Origin: a virus
Reading direction: 5' to 3' (one strand)
Virus record (IMG/VR): IMGVR_UViG_3300049893_002454
Span: 32,001 to 96,000 of that record
DNA: 64,000 nucleotides
Shown piece after piece: positions 58,837 through 64,000 of the stretch (position 1 is the first letter of the stretch; each line of letters opens with the position of its first letter). Under the pieces are notes generated by a model. The model did not search any database. It was given only the letters and a program-made list of their open reading frames with translations, and had not been told where the DNA came from. Made by a program: the position numbers and the translations under genes.

Positions 58837-59673
58837 ATGCAGCGTATTAAATATAATGAAAGCGAGATTCTTGAGGCCTTCTATGTTAAGGCTGAAGCTG
58901 ATGGCTTACTTGATAGACCATCAGAAAATCTTTATCCAGATTTCGATATTAGCAGCCCTGTTAAGAATGAATTTGTTGATATAGTTGCCGTCGCTTCGCA
59001 TGATAATACATTATATGGTCTTCCAGGAGAAAGTGGGGCAGAGATGGTTGGCAAAGCCCATCCAGGTGGTGGAACTGCGATTAAACTTGATAACAATGCT
59101 CCTAAAGATAAGGATCTAGCTAATGTTGAAACTATCATCGAACGTCAAAAGGCGATGCACGATGTAGCTAAGAGTAAGCCGACTGGAAAGCTTGTACAGG
59201 CTATGACTAAATTAATAGCTTTGGCAAATCTTCTAGATGAGCAGGGGGAACATGTTGCTGCAGCTGAGTTGGATGCTGAGCTTGCAAAGATCGCTGCAGA
59301 TTTCCCACAAGCCACTCAGATGCCAGTCAGCTCAGATACTCAGATGAGTGCCGATAGAGCGGCCAGAATTAAGGCCAACAATGGGCGTGTGATCTCCATG
59401 TTAAACCAACTACGTGGTCTTAAAGGGTTGCCTCCGCTAGCAGCATCTGTACAGGCTGGCGTAATTACCAAAGAGGTCAGTGATGAATTGGCTAATTCCA
59501 TTCCTAATGGTTATTCTACTTGGCGAGAACTATTTTCTAAATTAGATAAGTTAATTTCAGACGCTAAGGTTGTGAGGGCACCATCAGCTGGATTTGCTTC
59601 AATTCCAACCCCGCAAGTAGCATATCAATCTCCTGCTGCACCTCAAAAAGGTCCGCCAGCACAATTGCCGTAA
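58837..59673 (+). CDS. hypothetical virion-module protein with AHPGGG and A-x-x-LD-x-x-G modules
   Basis: AGGAG RBS; AHPGGGT...VET...DVA; LIALANLLDEQG. Confidence 0.8.
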   Translation: MQRIKYNESEILEAFYVKAEADGLLDRPSENLYPDFDISSPVKNEFVDIVAVASHDNTLYGLPGESGAEMVGKAHPGGGTAIKLDNNAPKDKDLANVETIIERQKAMHDVAKSKPTGKLVQAMTKLIALANLLDEQGEHVAAAELDAELAKIAADFPQATQMPVSSDTQMSADRAARIKANNGRVISMLNQLRGLKGLPPLAASVQAGVITKEVSDELANSIPNGYSTWRELFSKLDKLISDAKVVRAPSAGFASIPTPQVAYQSPAAPQKGPPAQLP

Positions 59674-59685
59674 GGATATAAACAT

Positions 59686-60642
59686 ATGACTTACTTACCA
59701 ATGCTAGCAGATGTCAACAGATCCGCGCATCCTGGCGGAGGCACTCAGATTACTGATGCTTCTAGGGAGGGTTTAGTGGAAGATTTATTTGAGGCGCATT
59801 TGCGTCACTTGGATGTAGCCGCAAAATCAGCAGTCGTTGGCCGTCTTGTAACTGCAGCCAATAATTTAGATGCAATGGGATTTACCACTGCAGTGAATCG
59901 TATTGATTTACTAATTTCTGCCGCTGATCAAGAAGCAGCTCATTCTCCTGATATTGCTGAAGCCACACGTCTGATTCAAATGGCAAAGGCTATTTTAGCA
60001 GAAGTAGATACTGCTAGTATCAGAGATGTGCAAGATAGGTACATCTATGATTCACTACACAGTGTAGTGACTCAGGTTGAAGCGTTAATCTCCTCTAATA
60101 ATATTCTTTCAGCAGAGGCAAAGATAAATGAACTTGATCGACAATTGCACTCCTTTAGCATCACAGATGTAGCAGAGGCGCTGGGTGGTGGCGGGACATT
60201 TATTGTAAGCAAGAAGTCAGAAGCGCAGCGGTTCATTTATGCTATAACTGCATTAAATAAATTGCTTGGCCAAATAGTGCAGTATGGGACTCGTGGCGCA
60301 GATGTGCCGAGCACACCTGTTCGCCGAAGAGAAGAAAATCCAGGGAGTAAGGTATTTCAAGAATACGCTTCCATCTTAAAGAACTTACATAACAGGTATC
60401 ATGCTGTTGATTCGTGGACTGAACATGTTGAAGCAAATGATCCTAAGAGATTTATAGCTGTTGATGATGCTGTAGCAAAAATACCAAATCTTACGCACCT
60501 TAGTGACCTAGATTTCTATATATCTAATTTAGATAAAGATAAATCATTATCCGATCAGGTATTGATGGGTCGTATACAGCAGCTAAAGACGTCATTTGCA
60601 ACAATAGTTGTCGCTCTAGAATCTATAATGGGAGCTTATTAG
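59686..60642 (+). CDS. hypothetical virion-module protein with AHPGGG and A-x-x-LD-x-x-G modules
   Basis: AHPGGGT...VED...DVA; LVTAANNLDAMG. Confidence 0.8.
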   Translation: MTYLPMLADVNRSAHPGGGTQITDASREGLVEDLFEAHLRHLDVAAKSAVVGRLVTAANNLDAMGFTTAVNRIDLLISAADQEAAHSPDIAEATRLIQMAKAILAEVDTASIRDVQDRYIYDSLHSVVTQVEALISSNNILSAEAKINELDRQLHSFSITDVAEALGGGGTFIVSKKSEAQRFIYAITALNKLLGQIVQYGTRGADVPSTPVRRREENPGSKVFQEYASILKNLHNRYHAVDSWTEHVEANDPKRFIAVDDAVAKIPNLTHLSDLDFYISNLDKDKSLSDQVLMGRIQQLKTSFATIVVALESIMGAY

Positions 60643-60643
60643 T

Positions 60644-61564
60644 ATGGGCTCAATATCTAGCAGACTTCCAAAAGCAAAAGATCGTTCTCAGGATAGCACA
60701 GCGCCGCGTCATAGCACTGGACCTGATCGCAGCACTGGCGCATCTCCAGTCATTACAGCACTGCAAACTATATTGCTTAATAATGGAAGGATCGACCATG
60801 GCGGCGTGAGTGGAGTTTACGATCAGAAAACTCATGATGCAATTAGTGCATGGCTAGATAGCTTAAAATATACAGATGAGCCTAGGGCTAAAAATATAAG
60901 TATAATCCTTGATTGGTTTACAAGAAAGGGTGTTGATTATTTGCAGAAGAATCCAGATGAAATTGCTGATCGCATATTTCAATTACAAACTGCATTTTAT
61001 CAAAGACCGTCCCCTGTCAAAGAGCAGGGTACTATTTTTTCTGAGGTAACCTTGCCTAATGGTACACAAGCAAAGATGCCACTAACTATGGTATGGCAAC
61101 GTGGCTGGCCAATGTACTTAGCATTACTAGAACAATACAATCTTGTTACGCGCACACTTCCATATGAACAACGCTTAAATCAATTAGCATTAGCAACAAG
61201 AGCAATAGCAGACTCGTTGTTAGAAGATCCTAGGAATCAAAATTTAGCCTCAGCAATTATAAAGGCCGATGCCGATCTGCGTGAGCATTGGAGTTTACAA
61301 GAAAAGCAACATACGCAATCTGTGCCTGGAAAGACATTAATTTCTACCCTTGAAGATTGGATTCCAGAGCTCAGCTCAGCCTCTAGTAATGATAAATTGC
61401 GTATAATAAATCATATTTATTCCTCATTTCCATATGCAGAGACATTTATGGAGACCCCTCCAAATATTAATTCACAGATAACAGATATAGGTGCTGTACG
61501 TCGCAACAGAGCTTCTCTTACAAGCAGCGTACAGACATTCTGGGATCGTCTGAGAGGAATTTGA
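60644..61564 (+). CDS. protein with a peptidoglycan-binding-like (PG_binding_1) segment
   Basis: ITALQTILLNNG...SGVYDQKTHDAI resembles the LQ..L...G...DG.YG..T..A consensus. Confidence 0.55.
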   Translation: MGSISSRLPKAKDRSQDSTAPRHSTGPDRSTGASPVITALQTILLNNGRIDHGGVSGVYDQKTHDAISAWLDSLKYTDEPRAKNISIILDWFTRKGVDYLQKNPDEIADRIFQLQTAFYQRPSPVKEQGTIFSEVTLPNGTQAKMPLTMVWQRGWPMYLALLEQYNLVTRTLPYEQRLNQLALATRAIADSLLEDPRNQNLASAIIKADADLREHWSLQEKQHTQSVPGKTLISTLEDWIPELSSASSNDKLRIINHIYSSFPYAETFMETPPNINSQITDIGAVRRNRASLTSSVQTFWDRLRGI

Positions 61565-62961
61565 TGACAGTAAAGATCTCCAATGCATCATTAGGGTCAC
61601 TACCGGAGCCAATTAAAGATTTATTATGGGATGATGAGAAGGGCTTTTTCGAAAACAGCCTTCGTTGGGGAGGGCGGGGACTGATGTTCGTCAGCACCCC
61701 CTTAGCAATTATCAATGTTGCAGCGGGAGCGCTTGGCATTAGCCTACAAGATATAGGGCGCACCATTGATGCCGTGGTTACAAACTCACCATCAGGAAAT
61801 CCAACTCAGATTGCAGAAATAGTATTCAATGACCTAGCTTCAAAATTCAGTAAGAAGGCCGGAGCTGAATCTATCAATCTAGTAATCCAGGCGGCAGATC
61901 CAGCTGAAACTAAGTCAAGAGTCCCCATCTCATTTGAAGCCGAACAGCCTAACGGTACAAAGAAACCTGTGCCAAAGACCATCTCATTTGAAGCAGAGCA
62001 GCCAGTTGCTAAAAGAAAGCCCGCTCCTAAGCCAGTATTATTTCCGACTGATTCAACTGATACTGTACATAACCAACCATCTCCTGATAATAAGAATTCC
62101 CCGTCACCAAAAGAGTCTAATCGCCAGCTGGCGCTTGAACAGGAGAAGATGCGGCTGCGAGATGAGGCAGATCAGCGCAAGCACCAACGTAGATTGCAGT
62201 ATGTTGATAAGACATTTGAACAACAGAAATTACTGCGAGAACTCGATCAAGATGCCGTGCGCGAGGCAAATAAGGGAAAGGCTGAATTGGCTGCCCATCA
62301 TGCCAAGGTTGAAGAGGCTAAGTTTTCACGCGATCGCGCAGCGATGGAGCATCAGATCCGTACAAAATTCGAAATCGAGAACAAATATTTAAGGGACCAA
62401 AAATTATTTGATCTACATCGGCAACTTATTCTTGGTCAAATTACGCCAGAGCAGCATAAAGTACTATCTGCTGCCCTTACAAATACCCCTATATCAGATC
62501 GCGATCTTAAGCAGGCGCGCAAATCTCTAACACGAGCCGAACGTGAACAACTTCAGAATCGACTAAAGATTCAGACTGAAGAAATGAAGCATGCCGCAAA
62601 GAATAAAGAGCTTCTGCAGAGACAGGAATTAAAGCATGCAAGATTAATGCATGGTGCCCGTCACGGTAATAGTGGATTACTTTCATTATTCTCAGGTAAA
62701 GTTGGAAAGGCAGGTATGATTGCCGCATTAGCCGCGATAATATTTGCTGGCCTCAAGGTAATGAATAGTTCTGGCGAAACAAATGTGCCACGTACGCGTA
62801 TGGAGATCGAAGAGAGCCCCATCTCTGAAGCTGATGATACAATTCAAGATGCTGCTACAGATACGGATATGCATAGTCCAAGCGAGAGCTCTTCTAATAA
62901 GAATATACGTAATATAAGCACACATGTAAATAGCGAGCTTAAAGATATATTGGGTGATTAA
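61561..62961 (+). CDS. hypothetical membrane-associated coiled-coil protein
   Basis: Hydrophobic segments near both ends (LAIINVAAGALGI; MIAALAAIIFAGL); ISFEAEQP repeated twice. Confidence 0.75.
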   Translation: MMTVKISNASLGSLPEPIKDLLWDDEKGFFENSLRWGGRGLMFVSTPLAIINVAAGALGISLQDIGRTIDAVVTNSPSGNPTQIAEIVFNDLASKFSKKAGAESINLVIQAADPAETKSRVPISFEAEQPNGTKKPVPKTISFEAEQPVAKRKPAPKPVLFPTDSTDTVHNQPSPDNKNSPSPKESNRQLALEQEKMRLRDEADQRKHQRRLQYVDKTFEQQKLLRELDQDAVREANKGKAELAAHHAKVEEAKFSRDRAAMEHQIRTKFEIENKYLRDQKLFDLHRQLILGQITPEQHKVLSAALTNTPISDRDLKQARKSLTRAEREQLQNRLKIQTEEMKHAAKNKELLQRQELKHARLMHGARHGNSGLLSLFSGKVGKAGMIAALAAIIFAGLKVMNSSGETNVPRTRMEIEESPISEADDTIQDAATDTDMHSPSESSSNKNIRNISTHVNSELKDILGD

Positions 62962-62962
62962 T

Positions 62963-64000
62963 ATGAATATGAAAATTGATGAAGTCCTACATGCTTATGC
63001 ACAAATTCTTAGTGACTTACCTGAACAATCTACACCAGAGCCGCTATGGCATGCCACAGTAGATTTTCCAGATACTATCCCGGATCTAGATGTAGCCACT
63101 GTCTCATTGGAAACAAATGCATTTGTCTCTACAGCTGCTGATAAACAAGAAGTAGAGCTACTTAAAGAAAAGCTGCATCCAGTTAAGATAGAGGATGTTA
63201 TTGAGCTTGCCCATCCAGAACCAGTATATATTGCTGATGCCATGGGAGATGGCGGTCTGGTTGAAAATCAAAATGAGTTACATAAGAAGATCGTTGAAAT
63301 GATCAACAAGTATCCATCGGGGACAGCGGTGCATAAGTATGCTGCTCTAGTCGAAGATCTTTTATCTGTAGCCAGCCATCTCGATGCAGATGGTCATAGC
63401 TCGGCTGCTAATGAATTGGATTCATTGGCTAGCGATATAGCTTCAGTTATAAAAAAAAAGAATAGTGAGTTAACGAAATCAGCATTTCTTTTCGCTATCC
63501 CTGCTGTTGTGAAGGGAGTGGCAGCAATCCTCTCTGCCACTGGTGCTGCATGGTATGCTTATAAAGGAAAGCAAGATAACCTAGCTGCAGACTTAAAAAA
63601 GCTTGGAGATAATGTAGATTCATGGAAAGATGATAGCACATTCGCCGCATTTAAGACACGCATCTATAAATTACGGGATGCAATAACAAGTATGCAGGGC
63701 GCAACTTCAAAATGGATTTCAGACTCCAATGCTTATGCAAGTCATAAATCGCCACTAGCATTAAAGGATCTACACGATTCTACTGAGGAACTCAAAAATA
63801 CGTTTGATGCATATAAGCCGATTAGAGATGAGGTTATTGAAAGTAAGCTCTCCGGTGGCTGGTTCCCTTTATTTAAATTATATGAGTCAAATGTTATGAG
63901 CGGATATAAGGATCTAATGAACTATGCTGCATCGCAAGAGGCGGGTGCAACTAGAGCAAAGCAGGATCAGGATCCATTTGAATCAAAGGAAATGTTAGAC
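62963..64000 (+). CDS. hypothetical virion-module protein, 3'-truncated by the window edge
   Basis: Open frame MNMKIDEVLHAY... to the window end (translated by eye); contains AHP...GLVEN, LLSVASHLDADG and a hydrophobic helix. Confidence 0.75.
   Translation, partial: MNMKIDEVLHAYAQILSDLPEQSTPEPLWHATVDFPDTIPDLDVATVSLETNAFVSTAADKQEVELLKEKLHPVKIEDVIELAHPEPVYIADAMGDGGLVENQNELHKKIVEMINKYPSGTAVHKYAALVEDLLSVASHLDADGHSSAANELDSLASDIASVIKKKNSELTKSAFLFAIPAVVKGVAAILSATGAAWYAYKGKQDNLAADLKKLGDNVDSWKDDSTFAAFKTRIYKLRDAITSMQGATSKWISDSNAYASHKSPLALKDLHDSTEELKNTFDAYKPIRDEVIESKLSGGWFPLFKLYESNVMSGYKDLMNYAASQEAGATRAKQDQDPFESKEMLD

Noticed and set aside
3641-63243. Many minus-strand and short alternate-frame ORFs in the track
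   Set aside because: They lie within longer + strand genes that have RBSs and coupled junctions, and show no motifs; treated as shadow ORFs
1-64000. Stop-codon reassignment as seen in some large phages
   Set aside because: Genes are full length under the standard code, and TAA, TAG and TGA all end genes at tight junctions

Overview
A 64-kb fragment of a large tailed-phage (jumbo-phage-like) genome. It is AT-rich, densely coded, almost entirely on the + strand and reads with the standard code. The left half (about 1-31.3 kb) is a replication/recombination/expression module: Mre11-Rad50 (SbcCD), an intein-containing PD-(D/E)xK Fe-S nuclease, a sigma-70-like factor, trigger factor, intein-containing DnaE, gp32-like SSB, RuvC, DnaJ, RecA, a DnaG primase apparently split into two distant genes, and paralog arrays. 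The right half (about 31.3-64 kb) is a head-morphogenesis module: terminase large subunit, portal, prohead protease/scaffold, a decoration-like protein and many unknown proteins. It also holds a CCA/poly(A)-type nucleotidyltransferase and a topoisomerase IB-M23 peptidase fusion. The most striking unexplained pattern is in the head module: otherwise unrelated proteins share short modules (a [KR]-x-A motif at apparent domain boundaries, an L-x-x-x-A-x-x-L-D-x-x-G helical motif, and an AHP...VE motif also echoed in the scaffold). This suggests a capsid-targeting plus protease-processing system for internal cargo. All functional calls come from motif recognition by eye; no database searches were run.
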